A stretch of DNA of 64,000 nt from Candidatus Micrarchaeia archaeon (GTDB taxonomy: Archaea; Micrarchaeota; Micrarchaeia; CAILAH01), in assembly GCA_038874595.1 (NCBI GenBank), contig JAVZCB010000002.1, positions 96,001-160,000 on the forward strand, read 5' to 3'. The translations under genes and the position numbers were made by a program. A model generated the notes under the pieces. It was not told the origin of the DNA and did no database searches. It was given only the letters and a program-made list of their open reading frames with translations. This document shows, piece after piece, positions 55,544 through 64,000 of the stretch; within the stretch, counting starts at the first letter, position 1; each line of letters opens with the position of its first letter.

Positions 55544-57328
55544 GTGTTTTCTTTGATTACTGCTAAAGAGCTGCGACAGAAGTATTTGGATTATTTCAGA
55601 CAGAAAGGGCATACTATAATAGAATCTGCCTCTGTTATACCTGAAAACGACCCCACTGTCTTATTTATAAGTGCAGGGATGCATCCGCTTGTGCCGTTCC
55701 TGCTTGGCCAGCCGCACCCTGGCGGGAAACGGCTCGCCGATATACAAAAATGCTTGAGGACAGATGATATAGATGAAGTTGGTGATGGGTGCCATCACAC
55801 GTTCTTCTTTATGCTCGGCAACTGGTCTCTCGGTGACTATTTCAAGAAAGAGGCAATTGAGATGAGCTGGGAGTTCCTTACTAGTAAGGAATGGCTCGGG
55901 CTTGATAAGGAAAGGATTGCTGTAACGTGTTTTGAGGGTGATGATGACGCACCGCGTGACGAGGAGAGTGCAAAAATATGGGAATCGCTAGGTGTGCTGC
56001 GTGAGAGGATATTCTTTAATGGGAAGAAAGATAACTGGTGGGGCCCTGCTGGCCAGACCGGGCCGTGCGGGCCGGATACGGAGATGTTCTATTACACTGG
56101 TAGAAAAGAAAAGGAATGTGACCAGGAAGGGTGTGGGCCGGGCTGCCACTGCGGCCTATGGGTTGAGATATGGAATGATGTGTTTATGGAGTATAATAAG
56201 ACAAAAGAAGGTAGGTTTGAGGCACTTAAGCAGAAAAATGTTGATACTGGGATGGGTTTGGAGCGCATAACTGCGGTTATGCAGAACGCTGCGAGCGATT
56301 ATGAGACTGAGCTTTTTGCACCTATAATGAAATGGATCAAGGAAAATTCAAAGAATTATGATGAGAGGGCGGCACGCATAATTGCAGATCATCTACGCGC
56401 GGCCGTGTTTGTGCTTGCTGATGACAGGGCGGTTGTGCCGAGCAATGTTGAGCACGGTTATATATTAAGAAGGTTAATCAGGAGGGCTATCAGGCACGGG
56501 AGGCTGTGCGGGCTGCCATCGCCTTTTTGCAGAAAAATTGGGGAAATTGTCATTGAAATATACAAGGATGACTGGCCCGAGCTTGAAAAGAATGGCGGGT
56601 TTGCGATTGCTGAGTTGGAGAAAGAGGAGAACAGGTTTGCAGAAACGCTTGAGCGCGGGCTGAAGGAGTTTGAGAGGATATTTGCATCTACTAAGGATAA
56701 TGTGATTGATGGTAAGCACGCGTTCCTGCTGTTCCAGAGTTATGGATTTCCATTGGAGATGACTGAGGAGCTTGCAAGGGAGAGGGGCAAAACGGTTGAT
56801 AGGAAAGGGTTTGAGAATGAAATGGAAAGACATAAGGAGCTGTCGCGTGAGGGAATTTCACAAAGGTTTGCGTCTGGGCTCGCTGATTACAGTGAGAAGA
56901 CTGTTGCGTTGCATACCGCAACGCACCTGCTGCAGGCTGCCCTTAGGAAAGTGCTTGGGGAGCACGTGCAGCAGAAGGGCTCTAATATTACGCCTGAACG
57001 GCTCAGGTTTGACTTTACGCATGGTGAGAAGCTAACACCAGAACAAATAAAGCAGGTTGAAGAGCTAGTTAACAAATGGATTAAGGAAAAAATCAATGTT
57101 GAAAGAAAAGAAGAGACAATAGAAGAGGCGCGGGCTGAGGGCGCGCTTGCATTCTTCAGCGCAAAGTATGGTGAAAAAGTTTCCGTTTATGTAATACCTG
57201 GAGCGAGCAAGGAAGTATGCACCGGGCCACACGTGAATAATACCGGTGAGCTTGGCACATTCAAAATAATTAAAGAAGAATCTGTAAGCGCAGGTGTAAG
57301 AAGGATTAAAGCAATCCTAGAAAAATAA
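55544..57328 (+). CDS. alaS: Alanyl-tRNA synthetase, short form (594 aa, no C-Ala domain)
   Basis: AGMHPL, HHTFFFMLGNWS, GPCGPDTE, DTGMGLER, ADHLRA, HTATHLL, CTGPH editing motif; ends GVRRIKAILEK. Confidence 0.96.
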   Translation: MFSLITAKELRQKYLDYFRQKGHTIIESASVIPENDPTVLFISAGMHPLVPFLLGQPHPGGKRLADIQKCLRTDDIDEVGDGCHHTFFFMLGNWSLGDYFKKEAIEMSWEFLTSKEWLGLDKERIAVTCFEGDDDAPRDEESAKIWESLGVLRERIFFNGKKDNWWGPAGQTGPCGPDTEMFYYTGRKEKECDQEGCGPGCHCGLWVEIWNDVFMEYNKTKEGRFEALKQKNVDTGMGLERITAVMQNAASDYETELFAPIMKWIKENSKNYDERAARIIADHLRAAVFVLADDRAVVPSNVEHGYILRRLIRRAIRHGRLCGLPSPFCRKIGEIVIEIYKDDWPELEKNGGFAIAELEKEENRFAETLERGLKEFERIFASTKDNVIDGKHAFLLFQSYGFPLEMTEELARERGKTVDRKGFENEMERHKELSREGISQRFASGLADYSEKTVALHTATHLLQAALRKVLGEHVQQKGSNITPERLRFDFTHGEKLTPEQIKQVEELVNKWIKEKINVERKEETIEEARAEGALAFFSAKYGEKVSVYVIPGASKEVCTGPHVNNTGELGTFKIIKEESVSAGVRRIKAILEK

Positions 57329-57329
57329 A

Positions 57330-57800
57330 CTATTCTTTCTTTTTCATTATTTTACCATAAATATAGTATATATTTTTCCAATGTGTGCCTTCCCAGTATG
57401 CTTTATTGCAGGATGGACAAATCCAGAAGTTTCCCCCTTTCTCAATAATATCCTGGGGCACATGGCCATACGCTTCAGCCTGTGATATTTTTCTGAGCTC
57501 AACGTTGCAGATTGAGCAACGGGTCTTTTCCGGGAAGGTGAGCTCAATCCCAGTTACTGAAATTATATGCCTTATTTGCTCTACCGGGTCCGTGCTTTCA
57601 ACAAGCACTGAAGGGATGTTTTTTGAGATGCACCGCACATAAACCTCCCTATCGCGCGTAACGAGTATGCGGCCTTCCTTTACTGCTGTTTCTATCAATT
57701 CAGTATCATTGCGTGGGTGAAAGTATGCTGTATCAACACCAAATATGCGGAGTAATATTGCTGTGTTCTTCAACATTTCATCAAGTATGAGTTTTTTCAT
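57330..57800 (-). CDS. Mut7-C RNase (PIN-like plus Zn ribbon) domain protein
   Basis: LILDEML...LR.FG.DT, RILVTRD, RCSICN, CPSCNKAYWEGTHW. Confidence 0.92.
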   Translation of the reverse strand: MKKLILDEMLKNTAILLRIFGVDTAYFHPRNDTELIETAVKEGRILVTRDREVYVRCISKNIPSVLVESTDPVEQIRHIISVTGIELTFPEKTRCSICNVELRKISQAEAYGHVPQDIIEKGGNFWICPSCNKAYWEGTHWKNIYYIYGKIMKKKE

Positions 57801-59775
57801 CGGCACCACCACGAGCAAAAAGAGGGCTGTCTATCACTAATGATTCGAATTCTCCACCTTCCCCGGCTATATTTATCCCATACCTTTTACTTAATTTTAC
57901 AAGGATATCTATATCTTTAAGCGTGATCTCACGATTCAGCCACGATTTATCGAGCCCTTCTGCTGCAACAGATGTGATTATAAACCTAAAACCGTCCTTT
58001 ATTAGCCTACGCATGTGCATTTCCTGGTCAACGTGCCAAAGAGGGGAAAATACGCGCAGGCCAAGCCTGTCACATACCGATTCTATACGAGTGCGCTGGT
58101 ACTCTGAACTTATCGCACCTGTAACAACACCTTCAATATTGTATTTTTTTATTGCATCAAGAAGTGCCGTTTCAAGATCATAAAGCTCTCTCTCCTTTTC
58201 GCCGGCAGTCTCCTGCATTATGAGAGGGAGGCCCATGCGCGCAGCGTGCGTGCGAACGTTGTCTATCTCAGGTGTGTGGTATAAATATGAGTCCTTGTTC
58301 CGGCTCTTCAATGTGACAAGGCATTTTATATCATAATTGCGCTGGCTCATAAGATAAAGAGCGTATGCGCTATCCTTACCACCACTGTAAAGTGCTGCGA
58401 GTGGAATATTCTTTTTGTGGTGTTTGCTAAGAAACTGGCCAATACTCATTCCTTCCTTTGCGGCAAGCCTGCGCAGAAGAGCCATTGATTTTGTACCATA
58501 TTGTGCTGCCTTTTTTGGGCGTGACCAGAATTTTTCACTGACATTATAATACTCTCTTAAGATACGGCGCAATATTGCTTTGTTTGTAAGTTGATGCACT
58601 GAAAGAGAAAGTGAGTTTGTTACGACCTGCTTATCAAGAAAAGGCACCCTGAGCTCTATGTTGTTATACATTGTAATACAGTTGTCCCTGTAAAGGTCTC
58701 TTTCGTAAATTGATCTAAGAGAACTTACCTGTTCGTTGTGCATTGCCTCTGTTAAGCGGTCTTTTGCCAGGCTTTCATAATGGAGCGGCCGGAACCGCGC
58801 ATAGCCAGCAAAAATATCATCCGCACCAATACCTGAAAAAAGGACTTTGACCTTGTCTGCAGATGCTTGCCTTGCAGCAAAAAAGATGGGTATCGCTACG
58901 CCCACCTTTACAGAATCGCTTGAATCTATTACTTTACATATCTGTGGGATTTCTTGTAAAATGGACTTTTCTGAAATTTCGGTTTCAACGTGGTCAAAGC
59001 CAAATGTGCGGGCAAATTCCTTTGAATATGTTGCATCTTCGGAATTCTTGTTGCAGTATGCCGTGTATAGTGTTATTTTTACGCCCTTCTCTGCAAGCCG
59101 GAGCGCTATCAGTGCCGAATCTACACCGCCTGAGAAAAGAACGCCTTGCTTGGCTTCAGCTATGCGCTTGTCAATCGCATCAAATAAGTAATCGCGCATT
59201 TCTTCGTAAGAGGTCTGCCTGCCGCTAAGAACAAATATATCTTTATAATGAGACCTCGCTGTGCCATTAGTCACATCATAAAATATTACCGTGCGTGGGT
59301 GAAGCTCACGCAGTATCCCTGGGTTTGCCTTTCTCTCAGATGCTATGAAGAGAGGATTGAATGAAAAGAAGAGTGGGTTAACACCTAAAGGGTCACGAAA
59401 AAGAACGAGTTGGCCTTCCCTATAATATACACATGCAAAATCGCCATCAAGAGAATCAATTATTTTTAGGATTGACTTTTCAGAGTTGTCTGAATTTTCA
59501 AGAAGGCAAAATAGGAGCTCTGCATCGTTCCTTGCCTGGATGCCGTGCTCTTCCGCAAGCTGTTTCCAGTTATATATTTCACAGTTTGCAGCAAGGATAC
59601 CTTTACCTGAAAATGGCTGGACTATATTATGGCCAACAACCGAATGTAGAAAATGTGAAAATGTTATTCCATCTCTTTCTATTCGTGAATGGTTGTCTTT
59701 ACCCCTATGAGATATTGAAGATTCTGCTGTGAAGAGGTTTTTGTTACTCGTGTTACATACAATAATCCCGCACAT
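57781..59775 (-). CDS. Asparagine synthetase B-like (Ntn GATase plus synthetase) fused to diphthine-ammonia ligase (Dph6)
   Basis: MCGI, HRG.D, NCEIYN, RDPLG, SGGVDS, SGIGADDIFAGY, ELRVPFLD; then LYSGGKDS, GAISSEYQRTR, PLW, AGEGGEFES. Confidence 0.88.
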   Translation of the reverse strand: MCGIIVCNTSNKNLFTAESSISHRGKDNHSRIERDGITFSHFLHSVVGHNIVQPFSGKGILAANCEIYNWKQLAEEHGIQARNDAELLFCLLENSDNSEKSILKIIDSLDGDFACVYYREGQLVLFRDPLGVNPLFFSFNPLFIASERKANPGILRELHPRTVIFYDVTNGTARSHYKDIFVLSGRQTSYEEMRDYLFDAIDKRIAEAKQGVLFSGGVDSALIALRLAEKGVKITLYTAYCNKNSEDATYSKEFARTFGFDHVETEISEKSILQEIPQICKVIDSSDSVKVGVAIPIFFAARQASADKVKVLFSGIGADDIFAGYARFRPLHYESLAKDRLTEAMHNEQVSSLRSIYERDLYRDNCITMYNNIELRVPFLDKQVVTNSLSLSVHQLTNKAILRRILREYYNVSEKFWSRPKKAAQYGTKSMALLRRLAAKEGMSIGQFLSKHHKKNIPLAALYSGGKDSAYALYLMSQRNYDIKCLVTLKSRNKDSYLYHTPEIDNVRTHAARMGLPLIMQETAGEKERELYDLETALLDAIKKYNIEGVVTGAISSEYQRTRIESVCDRLGLRVFSPLWHVDQEMHMRRLIKDGFRFIITSVAAEGLDKSWLNREITLKDIDILVKLSKRYGINIAGEGGEFESLVIDSPLFARGGADEKTHT

Positions 59776-59831
59776 CCTACCCGATATTGAACAAACCATA
59801 TTTATTATATTTAGGTTTCCGAGAATATTCT

Positions 59832-61163
59832 ATGCCTCCAAACCCAATTCTCATAGCATACTCTGAGATAGGAACTAAAGGTGAAACAACCAGACCGCGT
59901 TTTGAAAAGATACTGCTGAATAATATAAAGAGGTTGGGTGCAAAAATTAAAATATCCAGACAAAGCAGGAGAATATTAGTTTATCCGATAACTGAAAAGG
60001 ATAATGCATTCTTATTAAGCAAATTAAGGTATGTGTTTGGGATAAAATATTATGCACCGGTTAAAAAAACCACGTTTAATAGTATTGAGGAGATTGCAGA
60101 TTTTGTTGCTGAAATATATTGTAAAAAGGTTGTTGGAAAAACATTCAGGGTGACTGTGCACAGGGTTGGAAGACATAACTTTAATTCAATTGATGCACAA
60201 AGGGTAATCGGTGCCAGGCTGGTTGAATGTGGCGGGAAGGTCAATCTCAACAATTTTGAAATGGAAATTGCTGTTAATATAAAGGATAACGTTGCGTTTG
60301 TGTTTGATGAAAAGATATGTGGCCCAGACGGCCTGCCTCTTGGTTCTGAAGGTAAAGTGCTTGTATTATTCTCAGGGGGTATTGACTCGCCTGTTGCTGC
60401 GTGGCATATGATGCGCCGCGGGTGCTCGCCAACTTTCCTTTTTGTAAATTTAGGGGGAAGAGATAACTTAACAAAGGTGTATAAAGTATACAAAAAACTC
60501 GTTGATGTTTGGGGATGTGAGAATGCTCCTTTTCTGGTTGCCGATGGTAATAAAATCATCTCTGAAATAACAAAAAAAATAAAACCATCTTATAGGCAAG
60601 TTGTGCTAAAAAGGGCATTCTATGAGATTGCTGAGAAGGTTTGTAGGGAGTATGGATTAGATGCAATTGTTACTGGAGAATGTGTTGGCCAAGTATCTTC
60701 CCAGACTATAAAAAACCTGTGGGCAATAGGACACAATACAAACTTGCTCGTGCTCAGGCCCCTCATTGGAATGAACAAAGAAGATTGTGTATGTAAGGCA
60801 CAAGAAATTGGTACGTATGATCTCTCTATAGAAATTGGCGAGCTTTGCAACATATCAAAGGGAAGTGTAAAACTTTCTGCGAGGCCTTACGAGGTTGATA
60901 GGGAATATTCACATATAAGAGATGTAGTTAAAAACATAAATGTAACTCAAGTTACACACATCCGGGCTACGCACCATAAAAATAATATCACAAAAACCAT
61001 AGATATAGATAAAGAAAAAATAAACTACTCTGAGCTTGACCCTAAAGTAGAATACGTCATTGTATGCAAGGATGGCGTGCGGGCATCTATTGAATGCGAC
61101 ATCCTGCGCGGTATGGGATATATGTGTACTAGCAGGAAAAAACATTCTTCGGATAATAAATAA
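59832..61163 (+). CDS. thiI: tRNA 4-thiouridine synthase (THUMP, PP-loop and reduced rhodanese-like tail)
   Basis: YSEIGTKG, GPDGLPLGS, SGGIDSPVA, TGECVGQVSSQT, RPLIG; C-terminal VIVCKDGVRA. Confidence 0.93.
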   Translation: MPPNPILIAYSEIGTKGETTRPRFEKILLNNIKRLGAKIKISRQSRRILVYPITEKDNAFLLSKLRYVFGIKYYAPVKKTTFNSIEEIADFVAEIYCKKVVGKTFRVTVHRVGRHNFNSIDAQRVIGARLVECGGKVNLNNFEMEIAVNIKDNVAFVFDEKICGPDGLPLGSEGKVLVLFSGGIDSPVAAWHMMRRGCSPTFLFVNLGGRDNLTKVYKVYKKLVDVWGCENAPFLVADGNKIISEITKKIKPSYRQVVLKRAFYEIAEKVCREYGLDAIVTGECVGQVSSQTIKNLWAIGHNTNLLVLRPLIGMNKEDCVCKAQEIGTYDLSIEIGELCNISKGSVKLSARPYEVDREYSHIRDVVKNINVTQVTHIRATHHKNNITKTIDIDKEKINYSELDPKVEYVIVCKDGVRASIECDILRGMGYMCTSRKKHSSDNK

Positions 61164-61164
61164 A

Positions 61165-62160
61165 TCACAAAAATATCTCTTTTCTTTCCTTATCAATATT
61201 AAGTTTGATACCTGCGATCTTGCTTATCGTATATATATTTGTGGAAGCGTGGCTGGAAAGTAAGTTGTATCTTAACCTGCCTTTCCCTGCAAGTACAACA
61301 TAAACCATCAGCTGGTCTACCATGTTTTGGTCTAATGCATTATGTTGTGCATCTTCCCTGTACAAGCGCAACAATTCATCCACCACCACTTCTGCTGGTT
61401 TGCCTGCCTGGCCAATCACATCAACACCTATATTATAATTATCATACTCACTGATGAGCGTTATGGAATTCCCTTTGCTTGCACAGTTCATATAATTTGT
61501 TTTTATTACCTCGGTGCTGCTGCCTAAAGCACTCTTTATTCTTGCTTCTTCCCTTTCTAAGATGTGTGTGGGAAGATCAGCTAGTAATATGTACGCTGTT
61601 GTCTTTTTGAGTGCACCGCGCCCTGTAAGTTCTGCATTCTGTACGCCAGAGGGAAATATGGTAAGGCATACCTCACCACCACCCTGGGGGTAAAAGCCAG
61701 GCCGTTTCAGTTCAATGTGTGCCTTCACACCCATCCGCTGTATATTCGGTAAAAAGCAATAAGCAAAGTATTCGTATGTTGGCGATTTTATAACGTGTGT
61801 TCCTCCTTTAATTGTAACCGTGCTTTTTGCATCTGCAAATGTAAGTATAGGTATAAGTGCTTGCAAAAGCAGCGTTACCGAGCCCGCCGTGCCTATATCA
61901 AATTCAAAATCGCCCGCCTTAATCTCTGTTGGATAAAAAGATAACTTTGTTGAATTTAAGGTATTTCCTTCCACTTTTGCATTACACACTTTTGCAACAG
62001 CATTAACCGCTGCGAGGTGCTGAGGCAGGAGGCCTGGTTTTGGTCTGTTAGCCCTTATTTTAGTTATTGTGAATGGCGCTTTATATATTGCGCTTAAAGA
62101 AAGGGCAGTCCTAAGGATTTGGCCTCCGCCTTCTAAATATGACCCGTCTATCTCTATCAC
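61165..62160 (-). CDS. rtcA: RNA 3'-terminal phosphate cyclase
   Basis: [55 protein letters not shown]. Confidence 0.95.
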   Translation of the reverse strand: MIEIDGSYLEGGGQILRTALSLSAIYKAPFTITKIRANRPKPGLLPQHLAAVNAVAKVCNAKVEGNTLNSTKLSFYPTEIKAGDFEFDIGTAGSVTLLLQALIPILTFADAKSTVTIKGGTHVIKSPTYEYFAYCFLPNIQRMGVKAHIELKRPGFYPQGGGEVCLTIFPSGVQNAELTGRGALKKTTAYILLADLPTHILEREEARIKSALGSSTEVIKTNYMNCASKGNSITLISEYDNYNIGVDVIGQAGKPAEVVVDELLRLYREDAQHNALDQNMVDQLMVYVVLAGKGRLRYNLLSSHASTNIYTISKIAGIKLNIDKERKEIFL

Positions 62161-62247
62161 ACTCTTTTTTCAGGAAAACATATTATTTAAAAGGGAGTGG
62201 GGAGGGGTCACTTCCACTATTATTTATATATAATAAATATAAAATTT

Positions 62248-62263
62248 TGTTACTCAAGTAACA
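62248..62263. promoter_or_regulatory. Perfect 7-2-7 palindrome (operator-like) just upstream of the ATG at 62265
   Basis: TGTTACT-CA-AGTAACA, downstream of an AT-only TATA-like tract (62221-62247). Confidence 0.55.
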
Positions 62264-62264
62264 T

Positions 62265-62516
62265 ATGGCAAAATTAAACCTTCTTTACGTTTATGACATA
62301 AAACCCCAAAACCCCTCAAAAAAAGGCAGCATAAAAAGAAATTTTTATTATCATATGGAAAAGTTACGCCCCTTCATAAGAAGGGCCACAGAGTCGGTTA
62401 TTTTAACCTCAAAGGAACACGAGAGCACGATAGATGGCTTTTTTATGCGCTTCCTAAATGATGTAGAAGTATACAAATGTGATATAACTAAACTAACAAT
62501 CCTTAAAAAAATGTGA
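62265..62516 (+). CDS. Orphan Cas2/VapD-like small protein (83 aa)
   Basis: LYVYDI first strand with Asp, a basic helix, and RATESVIL resembling the Cas2 RxQxSV motif; size typical of Cas2. Confidence 0.55.
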   Translation: MAKLNLLYVYDIKPQNPSKKGSIKRNFYYHMEKLRPFIRRATESVILTSKEHESTIDGFFMRFLNDVEVYKCDITKLTILKKM

Positions 62517-62572
62517 AATCAATTAAACGTAGCCCACACCGGATATAAAAGAGAATAGTGGAAGAAACCCCC

Positions 62573-62824
62573 CTATCTCTCTTTATAGTTGTCTTCTACA
62601 ATAACAACATCACCGACAGATTTTACTTTTTTATAAAGGATGCTTTTATCCTTAAGAACCTGCCTGGCCTCCTCACGTGAGCTAATGCTGGTGAGAGGTT
62701 CCATAGAGATGCGAATTACCTCGCCTTTCTCTAGATCCACGATAACGTCCTGGACTTTACCAACAAACTTACCGCTTGCCGTGAAAATGTCCATGCCATA
62801 GAGGTCTGCGATGTTTAATGCCAT
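62573..62824 (-). CDS. PRC-barrel domain protein (CdpB-like)
   Basis: LYGMDIFTASGKFVGKVQDVIVD...VKSVGDVVIV; GGTGG RBS. Confidence 0.9.
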   Translation of the reverse strand: MALNIADLYGMDIFTASGKFVGKVQDVIVDLEKGEVIRISMEPLTSISSREEARQVLKDKSILYKKVKSVGDVVIVEDNYKER

Positions 62825-62889
62825 TTTACCACCTACACTATACATTATATAGTAAAGTATTTATTCTTTATAGAGTAGTCTCTTCCTAT

Positions 62890-63153
62890 ATGACAATCCC
62901 ATTTATTCGTGAGCGACCCGCGGCAATAATGTTACTTTTAAGAAATACAACAAAAACGTGGTGCGTTTCCTCACTCTCTCGTGAAGCAGGGCTCACATAT
63001 CTTCACACACTGCATCTTTTATCCCAGATGTATAATTTAGGGTTGGTGGACTATAAAAAAGAGGGAAGGAGGAAAGTAGTTTTCTTAACAGAAAAAGGAA
63101 AAAGTATATCCTCAACCTTAAACCAGCTGATTGATGATTTAAAAGAACAATAA
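62890..63153 (+). CDS. Winged-helix (MarR-like) DNA-binding protein
   Basis: SSLSREAGLTYLH...GLV..KKEGRRKVVFLTEKG. Confidence 0.82.
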   Translation: MTIPFIRERPAAIMLLLRNTTKTWCVSSLSREAGLTYLHTLHLLSQMYNLGLVDYKKEGRRKVVFLTEKGKSISSTLNQLIDDLKEQ

Positions 63154-63157
63154 ATAA

Positions 63158-63523
63158 TTAGACAACCCTTAATGTGATTTCCTTAAGTGTACTCCCAATT
63201 ATGTGTGAGAACCCTCTATAGTGTTTGTTTGCGGAAACCTTTACAGTATAACTCCCCGGCGTTGTTTTTGGGTGTGAGAATAAATCCACAAAAAACACCT
63301 TCTCCTCATTTGGGAGCATTTTTCCAATTCGGATTTCTTTTTTGAAAACAATACCTGTCTTATCAAACCCAACAGCCGTCGGTATATCCACAACAAGGCT
63401 TGCAAGAACATCCTCGGGCTCCTTGTTTTTGAGCCAAACCTTCATTTGTACAGGTCTCTCATCACCTTTTTTCAATCTGAGTGGTGATAACTCGATTTTC
63501 ATATCAAACGGTGAACCAGCCAT
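63158..63523 (-). CDS. Hypothetical Ig-like beta-sandwich protein (no signal peptide)
   Basis: V.LKN, PNEEK, PGSYTVKV pattern; GGAG RBS. Confidence 0.7.
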   Translation of the reverse strand: MAGSPFDMKIELSPLRLKKGDERPVQMKVWLKNKEPEDVLASLVVDIPTAVGFDKTGIVFKKEIRIGKMLPNEEKVFFVDLFSHPKTTPGSYTVKVSANKHYRGFSHIIGSTLKEITLRVV

Positions 63524-63601
63524 GGTATCAACTCCACAATGTGTAATATAGTATACAATTATTTTTATAATTTCACAAATAACATAAATGGCATGTGTGA
63601 C

Positions 63602-64000
63602 ATGTCTATAAAAGGAAATACGCTCGTTTTTGACTGCATTAATTCGCCATATGAATTTATGAGCCCGGAATTTATAGCAAACAACATTCGTGCAATGACG
63701 ACGCTTGTCCGCACAGATTTTGAGAAGATAAGGTATGAGGAGCAGCTGGTGTTTGAGTTATCGGGTGAAAAAGCAGAGATAATTCTTTCATACATCCGCT
63801 TTCTCAAACAGGTGGAAAAGCTCCTTATGAACAAGCAGATATATGGAAGAGAGGATGATGATTCATATGTGCTTAGGAAAACAACACTTTCAAAAGTTTA
63901 TGAAGAGCTTATGATGAACCCGCTTTTTGCAGAGCGTACGATAAACGAGTATAACGAGCCGCAACCTACAAAATCTGCATTTTATGAGGCTTACAAGGCA
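63602..64000 (+). CDS. Partial ORF (runs off the window); possibly the N-terminus of a type II/IV secretion-pilus ATPase
   Basis: Open from the ATG at 63602 to the window end (MSIKGNTLVFDCINSPYEF...IRYEEQLVFEL...). The product guess rests on recalled resemblance only; no Walker motif lies inside the window. Confidence 0.6.
   Translation, partial: MSIKGNTLVFDCINSPYEFMSPEFIANNIRAMTTLVRTDFEKIRYEEQLVFELSGEKAEIILSYIRFLKQVEKLLMNKQIYGREDDDSYVLRKTTLSKVYEELMMNPLFAERTINEYNEPQPTKSAFYEAYKA

Larger units (their letters stand above)
62204..62571. repeat. 18-bp imperfect inverted repeat pair bracketing the 83-aa ORF
   Basis: 62204-62221 GGGGTCACTTCCACTATT versus the reverse complement of 62554-62571, GGGGTTTCTTCCACTATT (16/18, with an 11-bp perfect core). 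Confidence 0.7.

Noticed and set aside
13814-62160. Stop-codon reassignment or selenocysteine in the hydrogenase
   Set aside because: Conserved genes are full length under the standard code, TGA, TAG and TAA all serve as stops, and the hydrogenase ligands are ordinary Cys
63565-63834. 89-aa minus-strand ORF
   Set aside because: Shadow of the plus-strand ORF that starts at 63602 and runs off the window

Overview
Archaeal chromosomal window. Archaeal informational genes (rpoF, rpl21e, TBP-type protein, deoxyhypusine synthase, EndA, Dph6, intron-containing tRNA) together with a shortened AlaRS, a CPR/DPANN-like group 3b hydrogenase and Cys-rich or giant surface proteins point to a DPANN lineage, possibly Micrarchaeota (inference). 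Bases 1-13530 are the 5' part of one giant (>4,510 aa) minus-strand beta-helix surface protein that the ORF track misses because it runs off the window. The rest is dense housekeeping (serS, ksgA, rpoF, rpl21e, dys, tRNA-Thr with 49-nt intron, ahcY, pyrG, GGPP synthase, alaS, thiI, rtcA), interspersed with a DUF4011-helicase-nuclease (Hhe-type) defence gene, the AmmeMemoRadiSam trio, a two-gene [NiFe]-hydrogenase and a surface-protein cluster. The most notable observations are: (1) an intact 96-aa single-repeat 'half' TATA-binding protein; (2) a secreted MltD-like peptidoglycan lytic transglycosylase at the end of a run of surface-protein genes; (3) an orphan Cas2/VapD-like gene bracketed by 18-bp inverted repeats, with a perfect palindrome at its start; (4) an AsnB-Dph6 fusion; (5) candidate Cys-CTERM sorted proteins beside a Glu-containing membrane protein; (6) a 420-bp AT-rich repeat-containing intergenic region. 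All calls come from reading motifs by eye; no searches were run.
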